A DNA stretch of 64,000 nucleotides, from contig JBDNFW010000044.1 of assembly GCA_041689615.1 (NCBI GenBank), positions 29,289-93,288 on the forward strand. The letters run 5' to 3'. The position numbers were made by a program, and so were the translations under genes. The number at the start of each line of letters is the position of its first letter. The stretch's first letter is position 1. Positions 9,747 to 19,585 of this stretch are shown one piece after another. The notes under the pieces are model-generated. The model ran no database searches, was not told where the DNA came from, and saw only the letters and a program-made list of their open reading frames with translations. This DNA comes from Gammaproteobacteria bacterium. Its GTDB lineage: Bacteria; Pseudomonadota; Gammaproteobacteria; Eutrophobiales; Eutrophobiaceae.

Positions 9747-10995
9747 TCAAAATACTGCTGCCAAAATAAATACTTCAACATTTGATGTTGAAAAGATACG
9801 TGCGGACTTTCCGATCTTGCAACAACAAGTTAATGGTAAACCGCTAGTTTATTTAGACAACGCGGCGACCGCGCAAAAACCGAAACAGGTTATCGAAACG
9901 CTTGATAGATACTATCGTGAATATAACTCAAACATTCATCGCGGTGTTCATACACTTAGTCAAAAAGCAACTGATGCTTATGAAACTGCTCGCGAGAAAG
10001 TAAAAACTTTCGTTAACGCTGATTCAACAAAAGAAATTATTTTTGTTCGTGGCGCAACTGAAGCAATTAACCTAGTTGCACAAAGCTTTGGGCGAGACAC
10101 GCTTGGTGCTGATGATGAAATTATTATTACTGAATTAGAACATCACTCGAATATCGTGCCATGGCAAATACTATGCGAACAAACGGGCGCGACGCTTAAT
10201 TACATTCCAATTAATGATGCTGGCGAATTAATACTGGAAGAGTATGAAAAATTACTAAGCAAAAAAACGCGTATTGTTGCTGTTGGCCATATCTCTAATG
10301 CGCTCGGTACGATTAATCCGATAAAAGAAATTATTAATAAAGCACACGCAGTTGGTGCAAAAGTCCTTGTTGATGGCGCGCAAGCGGTTCCTCATACAAA
10401 AGTTGATGTGAAAGAACTGGATTGTGATTTTTATGTTTTCTCTGGACATAAACTATTCGGGCCAACAGGTATTGGCGTACTTTATGGCAAAGAAGCATTA
10501 TTAGAAGCGATGCCGCCTTATCAAGGTGGTGGCGATATGATTCAAACCGTATCGATGGCGAAATCTACTTTTAATGCGCTTCCACATAAATTTGAAGCCG
10601 GTACACCGCACATAGCTGGCGTCATTGGTTTAGGTGCAGCCATTGATTATGTAAACGAACTTGATCTTGAAGTTACTGCACAATATGAAAACGAGTTACT
10701 TGATTATGCTAATGAACAAGCTGCACAAATTGCTGATTTAAATTTTGTTGGAACCGCAAAGAATAAAACCAGCATACTTTCTTTTACGCTTGGCAGAATT
10801 CATCCGCATGATATTGGCACCATCCTCGATGGCGAAGGCGTTGCTATTCGCGCTGGACATCATTGTGCCATGCCTGTCATGGAACGTTTTGCAATTCCCG
10901 CAACGGCCAGAGCCTCTTTTGCTTTCTACAATACTCGGGAAGAAGTTGATGCATTAATTCAGGCTATCGATAAATGTAAAAAGGTATTTGGTTGA
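9727..10995 (+). CDS. sufS: cysteine desulfurase SufS (start could be the ATG at 9739)
   Basis: Class V aminotransferase motifs: HHSNIVPW, PLP-Lys in SGHKLFGPTG, catalytic RAGHHCA. Confidence 0.92.
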   Translation: MSLPMNSQNTAAKINTSTFDVEKIRADFPILQQQVNGKPLVYLDNAATAQKPKQVIETLDRYYREYNSNIHRGVHTLSQKATDAYETAREKVKTFVNADSTKEIIFVRGATEAINLVAQSFGRDTLGADDEIIITELEHHSNIVPWQILCEQTGATLNYIPINDAGELILEEYEKLLSKKTRIVAVGHISNALGTINPIKEIINKAHAVGAKVLVDGAQAVPHTKVDVKELDCDFYVFSGHKLFGPTGIGVLYGKEALLEAMPPYQGGGDMIQTVSMAKSTFNALPHKFEAGTPHIAGVIGLGAAIDYVNELDLEVTAQYENELLDYANEQAAQIADLNFVGTAKNKTSILSFTLGRIHPHDIGTILDGEGVAIRAGHHCAMPVMERFAIPATARASFAFYNTREEVDALIQAIDKCKKVFG

Positions 10996-11444
10996 TTATG
11001 TTTGATATTAAAGATCTCTACCAAGAAGTTATTGTTGATCACAATCGTAGTCCACGTAACTTCGGTAAACTTGATGATGCCGACAAAACGCTTGAAGGTT
11101 ACAATCCGCTTTGTGGTGATAAACTTACTTTGTACCTAAAAACTGATGGTGAAACTATTAACGACATTATGTTTGATGGTTCAGGTTGTGCTATCTCAGT
11201 TGCATCTGCCTCTTTAATGACAGATGCAATGAAAGGCAAATCTTTGCAAGAAGCAGAAAATTTATTTAATGATTTTCACAATTTAATAACAACAGATGAA
11301 GAAGTTGATATGGAACAATTAGGTAAGCTGGCTGCATTAGCTGGCGTAAAAGCCTATCCGGCCAGAGTTAAATGCGCTTCATTATGTTGGCATACACTTC
11401 ATTCTGTAATCGAAGGTAGCAATACACCTGTTAAAACCGAATAA
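10992..11444 (+). CDS. sufU: SufU/NifU-N-type sulfur acceptor
   Basis: NPLCGD, GSGCAIS and C-terminal CASLCWH motifs. Confidence 0.8.
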   Translation: MIMFDIKDLYQEVIVDHNRSPRNFGKLDDADKTLEGYNPLCGDKLTLYLKTDGETINDIMFDGSGCAISVASASLMTDAMKGKSLQEAENLFNDFHNLITTDEEVDMEQLGKLAALAGVKAYPARVKCASLCWHTLHSVIEGSNTPVKTE

Positions 11445-11455
11445 GAGTTTTTATT

Positions 11456-12013
11456 ATGCAAGAAAATAAACCCGTAACATTAGAACGCGATTGCGATGCT
11501 GTTTTAATTCCAGTTGGAACACCAATTAATTTACCTGAAGGCAGTGTTGTATTAATTACGCAAGCACTGGGTGGAAGTTATACCGTTAACGTAAACGGTA
11601 ACCTTGCACGAATTGATGCAAAAAATGCTGATGCACTTGGCTTTGAAGTTGAAGACAAAGCTGACGAAACTGTTGAAAAAGAAATGACGGGCGACGGTAG
11701 TGTTGATGAAGATCTACTTTGGGATCAACTTCGTACTTGTTACGATCCTGAAATACCAATCAATATTGTTGAGCTCGGATTAATCTATGAATGTCACGTT
11801 ACTCCACTTGGCGCAGACGGTAATCAAGTTGATATCGTCATGACATTAACTGCGGCAGGTTGTGGTATGGGTGATTTTCTTGCTGATGATGTTCGCACGA
11901 AAATTTTAACTGTGCCGAATGTTACCAGAATGAATGTCGACGTTACATTTGAACCACCCTGGAATCAGGAAATGATGTCGGAGGCGGCTAGGTTAGAAAC
12001 AGGAATGTACTAG
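11456..12013 (+). CDS. sufT: SufT-like Fe-S assembly protein (DUF59 C-terminal domain)
   Basis: CYDPEIPINIVELGLIY DUF59 core with the N-terminal SufT-type extension. Confidence 0.75.
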   Translation: MQENKPVTLERDCDAVLIPVGTPINLPEGSVVLITQALGGSYTVNVNGNLARIDAKNADALGFEVEDKADETVEKEMTGDGSVDEDLLWDQLRTCYDPEIPINIVELGLIYECHVTPLGADGNQVDIVMTLTAAGCGMGDFLADDVRTKILTVPNVTRMNVDVTFEPPWNQEMMSEAARLETGMY

Positions 12014-12019
12014 TTGAGT

Positions 12020-12172
12020 AAAAATGCACTTTTCCCGCGATACAATGTGCCGTACCTTATTAATTATTCGTGGTAGCTTCGTCATTCACGTGCTCAACTC
12101 CTCATGTATTACCCATACACTCCGGGTTTCCGCGCGAGACTTCCTCGCTCTCACGAAAAAATCACTATTTTT
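12020..12172 (+). repeat. MITE-like element, copy A
   Basis: AAAAATGCACTTTTCCCGCGAT...CTTCCTCGCTCTCACGAAAAAATCACTATTTTT aligns by eye with the five other copies. Confidence 0.9.
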
Positions 12173-12211
12173 ATATTGTTCAATTTCTATTATTTAAATT
12201 TGGAGATAGTT

Positions 12212-12544
12212 GTGGCTGGTTGGTTTAATGTTGCTCCAGAGGAACAATTAACTTCTGGCAAAACAAAATTAGTTGATGTTGATAACGTGATGATCGCTGT
12301 CTTTAATCTGGACGGTGAATATTATGCGATCGAAGATGTTTGTACTCATGATGGCGCACCCATGCTTGGTTGTGGTCTTGAACCAGATCAAGTAATCGAC
12401 GGTGCCGAGATCAAATGCCCACGTCATGGGGCTCGTTTTTGTGTCAAAACAGGTAATGCATTAACGCCTCCTGCCTATGAACCAGTACCTACTTTTCCCG
12501 TTAGAGTTGAAAATGGAATGGTTCAAGTCACCGATGACCGCTAG
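12212..12544 (+). CDS. Rieske [2Fe-2S] ferredoxin-like protein (GTG start after TGGAGA)
   Basis: CTHDGAPM...CPRHGARF Rieske motifs. The ORF-track start at 12104 lies inside repeat copy A. Confidence 0.8.
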   Translation: MAGWFNVAPEEQLTSGKTKLVDVDNVMIAVFNLDGEYYAIEDVCTHDGAPMLGCGLEPDQVIDGAEIKCPRHGARFCVKTGNALTPPAYEPVPTFPVRVENGMVQVTDDR

Positions 12545-12551
12545 GACTAAT

Positions 12552-12723
12552 GGCATTATAAAAAATGCACTTTTTCGCGATTAATATGCCGTTCTTTATA
12601 AGTTATTCATGGCAAGTTGCGTCAGTTTCGTGCTCGAACCTTCATGTATTACATATACACTCAGGTTCTGCGCGCGCTACTTCCTTACTCTCACAAAAAT
12701 ATCACTATTTTTTATTAATGCCA
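12552..12723 (+). repeat. MITE-like element, copy B
   Basis: Terminal inverted repeats GGCATTATAAAAAATGCAC / ...CACTATTTTTTATTAATGCC; core aligns with the other copies. Confidence 0.9.
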
Positions 12724-12878
12724 TGCTGAAACCTAAAATTTCAGTGTTTAATTAGGAAATAAGCCTAAATTACTGCTTTTCATACGAAAATAGTCGTTTT
12801 TACAATTTAATTCGGCTGCCTGACCACGTATAATCTCGCGATTCATTAATAGAGACCTGTCCCAGGAGACTGCTTTAC

Positions 12879-13325
12879 ATGGCATTGGAAAGAACACTGG
12901 CAATAATTAAACCCGATGCGGTAGCCAATAATTACATAGGCAATATATTGGCGCTGATGGAAAAAAGTGATTTACGTATTATTGCTGCAAAAATGGTACA
13001 TTTACCGCGCGGTGATGCAGAAGAGCTATACGCCGAGCATCAGGGAAGACCATTTTATAAACCATTATTAAAGTTTATGACTTCTGGCCCTGTCATGGTA
13101 CAGATACTGGAAGGGGAAAATGCTATACAGATTCTGCGTGACTTGATGGGTGCTACGGTACCGAAAGACGCCGAAGAAGGTACGATTCGCAATTTGTACG
13201 CTGAACACGAATTTAATGGTGAAGTACATGAAAATGCGATACATGGATCGGATAGTGTTGAAAGTGCTCAAAGGGAAATTGACTTTTTTTTTAATGAAGG
13301 CGAAATTTGTCCTAGAACTCGCTAA
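12879..13325 (+). CDS. ndk: nucleoside diphosphate kinase
   Basis: [12 protein letters not shown]..., NAIHGSDS active-site region. Confidence 0.93.
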   Translation: MALERTLAIIKPDAVANNYIGNILALMEKSDLRIIAAKMVHLPRGDAEELYAEHQGRPFYKPLLKFMTSGPVMVQILEGENAIQILRDLMGATVPKDAEEGTIRNLYAEHEFNGEVHENAIHGSDSVESAQREIDFFFNEGEICPRTR

Positions 13326-13330
13326 AGGCT

Positions 13331-14419
13331 ATGACTGATAAAGTTAATTTACTTGATTACGATCGAAAATCTCTGGAGTCTTACTTCACTGAGATGGGAG
13401 ATAAATCGTTTCGTGCACAACAAGTTCTAAAGTGGATATACCATCAGGGTGCTGTTGATTTTGATTCAATGACAAATCTAAGTAAGTCTCTTCGCACAAC
13501 ACTTGAACAGAACACCTGTATTAAACCACCAGAAATTATCTCTGAGCAAAAATCAGAAGACGGTACGTATAAATGGCTTATTCAAATCGACGGCGGTAAT
13601 TCTATTGAAACTGTTTTTATTCCAGAGAATGATCGAGGCACACTTTGTATCTCATCACAGGTCGGTTGTCCGCTAGAATGTAAATTTTGCTCCACCGGAC
13701 AACAAGGTTTTAATCGCAATCTAACCACAAGTGAAATTATCGGTCAGGTCTGGGCAGCTAATAAAGCGCTCGGATATTTTGAAAATGATAAACGTATTAT
13801 TACAAATATAGTATTCATGGGTATGGGCGAACCCTTACTCAATTACGACAATGTACTTAAAGCAATCAACTTACTAACAGATGATTTAGGCTTTGGTCTT
13901 GCACGACGTCGCGTTACAGTCAGTACATCAGGCATCATTCCTGAAATCGATCGTTTAAAAGACGACACCAATGTAAGCCTTGCTATCTCATTACATGCTA
14001 GCAACAATGAACTACGAAATGACATTGTGCCGATTAATCGTTCTTACCCTATGCGTGATCTACTCGCAGCATGTAAGCGATTCACTGAAGCAAGAGACAA
14101 CGAACCCATCACTATCGAATATGTTATGTTGAAAGATGTAAATGATAGTTTGCAAGATGCGCATGATCTTGTTGAATGCCTGCGTGATATACCCGCGAAG
14201 GTGAACTTGATTCCATTTAACACCTTTCCTGGAACGAATTATAATTGTTCAGAAATCAAAACGATTAATGCTTTCAGAGATGTGTTGATTAAATCGAATA
14301 TTATTACTATTACACGTAAAACTCGCGGTGATGATATAGATGCAGCTTGCGGCCAACTCGTTGGGAAAGTTATGGCTAAAGCAGCAAGACATCAAAAAGA
14401 TCGAGTGGAACTAAATTAA
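13331..14419 (+). CDS. rlmN: 23S rRNA/tRNA A2503 methyltransferase RlmN (radical SAM)
   Basis: CxxxCxFC radical-SAM motif (CPLECKFCSTG); C-terminal DIDAACGQL. Confidence 0.92.
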   Translation: MTDKVNLLDYDRKSLESYFTEMGDKSFRAQQVLKWIYHQGAVDFDSMTNLSKSLRTTLEQNTCIKPPEIISEQKSEDGTYKWLIQIDGGNSIETVFIPENDRGTLCISSQVGCPLECKFCSTGQQGFNRNLTTSEIIGQVWAANKALGYFENDKRIITNIVFMGMGEPLLNYDNVLKAINLLTDDLGFGLARRRVTVSTSGIIPEIDRLKDDTNVSLAISLHASNNELRNDIVPINRSYPMRDLLAACKRFTEARDNEPITIEYVMLKDVNDSLQDAHDLVECLRDIPAKVNLIPFNTFPGTNYNCSEIKTINAFRDVLIKSNIITITRKTRGDDIDAACGQLVGKVMAKAARHQKDRVELN

Positions 14420-15201
14420 TGCAAAAAATTACGTCGCATATTTTCTTGTTGCTAATGTCAGTGATGATACTTACTGCCTGCAATCCTGCTGTCGGACCAT
14501 CATCAGATCAAAACATTCGTCCTTCACGTGGCACCAATGAAGCAGCGTCAGCCAATCTCAATCTTGGCATTGCCTATTTAAAGCAAGGAAAGTATGAAGC
14601 TGCTCTGGAAAAACTGGAACGCGCGCGTGAAGCTGATCCCAATCATCCAGCAACTTACAATGTGCTGGGATTGCTCTATCAACAAATTAATGACCCAAAG
14701 AAAGCGGAACAGTATTTCAAAAAAGCGTTAAGTTTATATAGCAACGATTCATCAACGTTGAATAATTATGGTAATTTTCTTTGCCAACAAAATCGACTCG
14801 AAGAAGCAGAGGCAACTTTTTTAAAAGCGGCAAACAACCCATTATACCAAACTCCTGAAATAGCTTTAACTAATTCAGGCTTGTGTCTCTACAACAATCA
14901 AAAAAAGGACAAAGCGAAAGAGTATTTTCAACAAGCACTAAAAATGAACCCTAAGGTTCCACAAGCGCTTATTGTAATGTGCGAATTAGCATTAGATGAT
15001 TTTAACTATCTCCCTGCCAGAGCTCATTTACAACGCTATCAACAGGTCTCTCGCCATACAGCTCGTAGCCTTTGGTTAGGTATTCAAATCGAACGTGAAC
15101 TTGGTGATAAAGATGCTGTTTCAAGTTATGCCTTGTTGTTAAAGAATTCTTTTCCTGACTCTGATGAAGCAGCAATTTTATTTGAATCAAAGGTTAAATA
15201 A
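14419..15201 (+). CDS. pilW: type IV pilus biogenesis/stability TPR lipoprotein PilW
   Basis: lipobox LTAC, TPR repeats, conserved position between rlmN and rodZ. Confidence 0.75.
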   Translation: MQKITSHIFLLLMSVMILTACNPAVGPSSDQNIRPSRGTNEAASANLNLGIAYLKQGKYEAALEKLERAREADPNHPATYNVLGLLYQQINDPKKAEQYFKKALSLYSNDSSTLNNYGNFLCQQNRLEEAEATFLKAANNPLYQTPEIALTNSGLCLYNNQKKDKAKEYFQQALKMNPKVPQALIVMCELALDDFNYLPARAHLQRYQQVSRHTARSLWLGIQIERELGDKDAVSSYALLLKNSFPDSDEAAILFESKVK

Positions 15202-16109
15202 TGGTCGACTCTTCAAAAACTAATAGCAACGCAGATATGTTCGAGACGCCGGGACAAGTATTACGTTTGCAACGTGAAAAACTGGATCTGTCGACACAGG
15301 AAATCGCAAAGCGTATTCATCTTGACGTAAAGATTATCGAAGCGATAGAAAATGATAGCCCAGAGGGGCTGCCTTCAGCAATTTATGTGAGAGGTTATTT
15401 GCGTAGCTACGCCAAGATTGTTGGTGCCGATGCTGATAAAATCATCGAGCTTTATAACTCTGATTCACCACCCCCACCACCCGAAATATTACCTGAAGTA
15501 AGACCTCCTTCACAAGTAAGCAGTAACGACAAACCGGTTAAAGCGTTCACTTATCTTATTACTTTGGGGCTCGTACTATTACTTCTAATTTGGTATCAAA
15601 GTAATTTTGTCGTTGAGTCCAAGGTAAATATTGAACAACCAAATACAATTACAAATATTAATGGTATTGATGTGACATATAAAATTATCAATCATCCTGA
15701 TTCATGGCAATCACCAAAAAGTAATTTAGAAGAAAACATCGACGCATCAATAACACCTGAGCCTTCTCGACAAAACAGTACTCTCGAATTAGCAACGTTT
15801 GATGAACAAACTATCGATACTCTGCAAATAACTGATAATAATTTATCTTCGCCTATTATAGGACAAGGCCCAGATACGATAGACCTGAAATTAACGAGTG
15901 ATTCATGGGTAGAGATAGTCGATGCAATGAACAATCGATTATTCCATAATCTCGGTGTCGCTGGTGAAGAATATAATTTAAAAGGTACATCTCCATTTGA
16001 TGTATTACTTGGTTTTTCAAAGGGCGTTACTCTTAAATTTAATGGAAAGTCTTTTGACATCGAATCTCACTCTAAAAATGGCGTCGCTCGCTTTACCCTT
16101 CCAGAGTAA
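15201..16109 (+). CDS. rodZ: cytoskeleton protein RodZ (HTH + TM + DUF4115)
   Basis: N-terminal HTH (LRLQREKLDLSTQEIAKRIHL), Pro-rich linker, TM segment; position. Confidence 0.8.
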   Translation: MVDSSKTNSNADMFETPGQVLRLQREKLDLSTQEIAKRIHLDVKIIEAIENDSPEGLPSAIYVRGYLRSYAKIVGADADKIIELYNSDSPPPPPEILPEVRPPSQVSSNDKPVKAFTYLITLGLVLLLLIWYQSNFVVESKVNIEQPNTITNINGIDVTYKIINHPDSWQSPKSNLEENIDASITPEPSRQNSTLELATFDEQTIDTLQITDNNLSSPIIGQGPDTIDLKLTSDSWVEIVDAMNNRLFHNLGVAGEEYNLKGTSPFDVLLGFSKGVTLKFNGKSFDIESHSKNGVARFTLPE

Positions 16110-16141
16110 CTATTTATTCCAATTGATTAGAGGACTTGTTG

Positions 16142-17428
16142 ATGGCTAAGTTACAAGCGGTTCGTGGTATGCATGACATACTTATGCATGACACTCCGCG
16201 TTGGCAATTTCTGGAAGAAACAATTAAAAATATTCTGAATCAATATTCTTATCAGGAAATTCGCCTGCCTATCGTCGAGAAGACAGAACTATTCAAACGT
16301 TCCATTGGTGACAACACCGATATTGTTTCCAAGGAAATGTATAGCTTTGATGATCGCAATGACAGTAGTTTAACTTTAAGACCTGAAGGAACTGCTGGAT
16401 GTGTACGTGCCGGAATTGAGCACGGTCTTTTTTATAATCAGACACAACGACTCTGCTACACAGGCCCAATGTTTCGTCATGAACGTCCGCAAAAAGGCAG
16501 ACAAAGACAATTTCACCAGATTGGTGTTGAGGCATTTGGTTTTAATGGTCCTGACATTGATGCCGAACAGATATTAATGTGTGCTCGAATCTGGAAAGCA
16601 CTAAACCTGAGTGAGATTAGACTAGAAATAAATTCTCTCGGCACAACTGAATCACGTTCAAAATATAGAGCTATATTGGTTGAATATTTTTCATCTCATA
16701 AAGATCAACTTGATGAAGATAGTCTGGTAAGACTGGAACAAAACCCATTACGTATTCTCGATAACAAAAATCCAGATATGAAATCATTAATCGAGGGAGC
16801 TCCGACCTTGGATAAACATCTTGATGCAGAATCCACTGAGCATTTTGCCGGCTTAAGAGAAATACTCGATGGCGCTGCTATTCAATACACTGTAAATCCA
16901 AGACTGGTTCGAGGTCTGGATTACTATGGAAAAACAGTATTTGAATGGATTAGCAATCAACTCGGCGCTCAAGGTACTGTTTGTGCAGGTGGTCGTTACG
17001 ATGGCCTGGTTGAACATCATGGCGCTTCACCAACACCTGCTGTTGGTTTCGCGATAGGGCTTGAACGCTTACTGGAATTAGCCAGTTTTGAGAACATGCC
17101 TGATGGGCACACACCTCATATTTATTTGCTGATTTCTGGAGAACAAGCTATTAAACCCGGTATGTTGTTGGCTGAGCAACTACGAACTCAATTACCTGAT
17201 ATTCGCATTTTAAGTCATTGTGGTGGCGGTAGTTTTAAGAGTCAGTTTAAAAAAGCCGACAAATCCGGGGCGCAACTTGCACTGATTTTAGGCGAAGATG
17301 AGCTAGAAAATGAACAGCTGACAATCAAATATTTACGCACTGATGAGCCGCAAACAGTGATCAAAATGGCTGAATTGGCAAATTTCCTTAGTACATCGCT
17401 ATCAATTCAAACAATTCCGCCAAAATAG
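16142..17428 (+). CDS. hisS: histidine--tRNA ligase
   Basis: MAKLQAVRGMHD..., class II aaRS motifs; AGAGGA RBS 7 nt upstream of the ATG at 16142. Confidence 0.93.
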   Translation: MAKLQAVRGMHDILMHDTPRWQFLEETIKNILNQYSYQEIRLPIVEKTELFKRSIGDNTDIVSKEMYSFDDRNDSSLTLRPEGTAGCVRAGIEHGLFYNQTQRLCYTGPMFRHERPQKGRQRQFHQIGVEAFGFNGPDIDAEQILMCARIWKALNLSEIRLEINSLGTTESRSKYRAILVEYFSSHKDQLDEDSLVRLEQNPLRILDNKNPDMKSLIEGAPTLDKHLDAESTEHFAGLREILDGAAIQYTVNPRLVRGLDYYGKTVFEWISNQLGAQGTVCAGGRYDGLVEHHGASPTPAVGFAIGLERLLELASFENMPDGHTPHIYLLISGEQAIKPGMLLAEQLRTQLPDIRILSHCGGGSFKSQFKKADKSGAQLALILGEDELENEQLTIKYLRTDEPQTVIKMAELANFLSTSLSIQTIPPK

Positions 17429-17536
17429 CTTCTTAATACTAAACAAACGTAAAACCCACGTTATAATGTGCGCCCTTTTGTGGGTAAGAATCCACCCGCA
17501 TAATTACATTAAAAAGTGCCTTCTGGAGAGTAAGTA

Positions 17537-18163
17537 GTGAGCGAATTTAGAACTGAAGAAGAACAGGCCGAGGCCTTAAAAAAATGGTGGCGAGAGAATG
17601 GAAAGTTCATTGTTGCTGGTATCGTTATTGGTATTACAGCAATATTTGGCTGGCGTGGTTATAACAATCATTTAGCACAGCAAGCCGAGGCGGCTTCGAC
17701 GCTTTATGAGCAAATGTTGGTCGCATCGCGTGCTAACGATAGTGATAATGTCGGCGTCTATGCAAACCGCATCATTGATGACTATCAATCAAGTTCCTAT
17801 GCTATTTTTGCTCACTTGATGTTAGCCAAATTAGCTGCCGAAGCTAGCGAACTAGATCAGGCTGAAACGCATTTCCGTTGGGTTATTGAAAACAATACAA
17901 ATGAAGAATTTCAGCATGTTGCGCGCTTGCGGCTGGCTCGTGTATTAATTGCTGCTGATAAACTGGATATCGCAGTAAACACACTTGATGTCAGCAATAC
18001 AGGCGACTTCTCCGCTAACTACGAAGAATTACGTGGCGATATCTTTGTTAAACAAAATAAAACCGAGGAAGCGAGGCAAGCTTATCAAAAAGCACTGGCT
18101 AATACTGCTGAAGGCGGGCAATCAATTTTACAAATGAAACTGGACGACTTGGGTAGAATATAA
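17537..18163 (+). CDS. yfgM: YfgM-like TPR membrane protein
   Basis: N-terminal EEQAEALKKWWRENG + TM; conserved position upstream of bamB. Confidence 0.75.
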   Translation: MSEFRTEEEQAEALKKWWRENGKFIVAGIVIGITAIFGWRGYNNHLAQQAEAASTLYEQMLVASRANDSDNVGVYANRIIDDYQSSSYAIFAHLMLAKLAAEASELDQAETHFRWVIENNTNEEFQHVARLRLARVLIAADKLDIAVNTLDVSNTGDFSANYEELRGDIFVKQNKTEEARQAYQKALANTAEGGQSILQMKLDDLGRI

Positions 18164-18164
18164 A

Positions 18165-19532
18165 TTGTTTCCAGTCCTCCGCGTTTTTTTCTTATTGCTT
18201 GCACTATCGACTTGTTTTGGCTGTGGCGCCGGGAAAATGCTCGATGGGATGATGGGTGCAGGCGTTGATAACTCCATACCACCTTCAGAGCTAGTCGACT
18301 TTTCAGAAACAACTCATCTGAATAAAGTCTGGGCGCAAAAAGTTGGCAAAGGCACGGACGAATTATTCATCAAACTTGTTCCGGCAATTTTAGACGATAA
18401 AATTTTTATTGCGGATACTCGCGGTAATATTACCGCACTTTATGCTGACTCAGGTAAAAATGTCTGGCGTAATGACAGCGATTTATCCATTACAGGTGGC
18501 CCCGGTGCTGATGAAAATCTGGTCATGGTCGGAACCAGCGAAGGTGAAGTACTCAGTTTAACAGCCGAAACCGGCGAAGAACTCTGGCGTTCAACAGTAT
18601 CAAGTGAAATTCTTTCTTCACCAAAAGAATCTGATGGCGTTGTCGTCGTTAGAACAATCGACGGTAAAATTTTCGCATTAGATGCAACAACTGGCGAACG
18701 TCTCTGGGTTTATGATCGCACCGTTCCTGCTTTAACACTTCGTGGTACAAGTACACCCGTTATCGCAAACGGTTTAATTATCGCTGGCTTTGATGGTGGT
18801 CGTGTTACTGCGCTTGAACTAAAAACCGGTAAATTAATTTGGGAAACGAAAGTTGCCGTTTCTAGTGGACGAAGCGAATTGGAAAGAATGGTTGATATCG
18901 ATGCTCAACCTTTAATCGTCGGTGACGCGATATATGTTTCTACTTTTCAGGCGAATATCTCTGCCATATCATTAGAAGGCGGACAGATATTATGGCAACG
19001 GGATATTTCTTCTCATTCAGAACTTGCTGCCGATGCAGGAAATTTATATGTCACAGATGATATAGGTAATGTTTGGGCATTAGATAGATTTTCAGGAACA
19101 TCAATCTGGAAACAGGAAAAATTAACTCACCGACAAGTCACCGGCCCCGCTGTTTTGGGAGACAGAATTATTGTTGGAGACTTTGAAGGTTATTTGCATT
19201 GGTTAGATAAGGAAACGGGTGATCTTTCAGCACGAACACAGATAGCCGATGATCCGATCCTGGCACAACCTATAGTAGCAAATGACGTCCTCTTTGCTTA
19301 TGCAAGTGGCGGCACACTTTCTGCCTATACTTACTACGGCATGGAACCAAAGGATTTACCGGTAGAAACTGTCGTTGAAAAAGAAGAGACTCCTGCAATA
19401 GAAGAAGTCGCTGAAAGCAAAGAAGTTGCAACTGAAGCTTCCGAAATGCCAGCAAAAGCTGAAGAAGAAAAATCTTTATTTGGCAGCTTCATCGATATAT
19501 TCACAGGTGATGGCGAAGAAGAAGAAGAGTAA
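18165..19532 (+). CDS. bamB: outer membrane assembly lipoprotein BamB (with acidic C-terminal tail)
   Basis: PQQ-like beta-propeller repeats; position between yfgM and der. Confidence 0.85.
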   Translation: MFPVLRVFFLLLALSTCFGCGAGKMLDGMMGAGVDNSIPPSELVDFSETTHLNKVWAQKVGKGTDELFIKLVPAILDDKIFIADTRGNITALYADSGKNVWRNDSDLSITGGPGADENLVMVGTSEGEVLSLTAETGEELWRSTVSSEILSSPKESDGVVVVRTIDGKIFALDATTGERLWVYDRTVPALTLRGTSTPVIANGLIIAGFDGGRVTALELKTGKLIWETKVAVSSGRSELERMVDIDAQPLIVGDAIYVSTFQANISAISLEGGQILWQRDISSHSELAADAGNLYVTDDIGNVWALDRFSGTSIWKQEKLTHRQVTGPAVLGDRIIVGDFEGYLHWLDKETGDLSARTQIADDPILAQPIVANDVLFAYASGGTLSAYTYYGMEPKDLPVETVVEKEETPAIEEVAESKEVATEASEMPAKAEEEKSLFGSFIDIFTGDGEEEEE

Positions 19533-19585
19533 TCTTCTTTCAACATTACTGATGAAGTCATTAACAAGCAAAATCTAAACATCTT

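Noticed and set aside
12104-12211. N-terminal 36 codons of ORF 12104-12544 (MYYPYTPGFRARLPRSHEKITIF...)
   Set aside because: This stretch is the 3' half of MITE copy A, and the same pseudo-peptide recurs at other copies in varying frames. The Rieske domain starts after a GTG with a good RBS at 12212.
16110-16141. Absence of ispG between rodZ and hisS
   Set aside because: Many gammaproteobacteria have rodZ-ispG-hisS. Here the 32-bp spacer shows no remnant. This is probably lineage-specific gene order, with ispG elsewhere, and is not testable from this window.
19330-19532. Acidic ~65-aa C-terminal tail on BamB (..EEKSLFGSFIDIFTGDGEEEEE)
   Set aside because: This is a low-complexity extension in frame with a normal BamB. 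It is plausibly a disordered tail, with nothing to suggest a separate feature.
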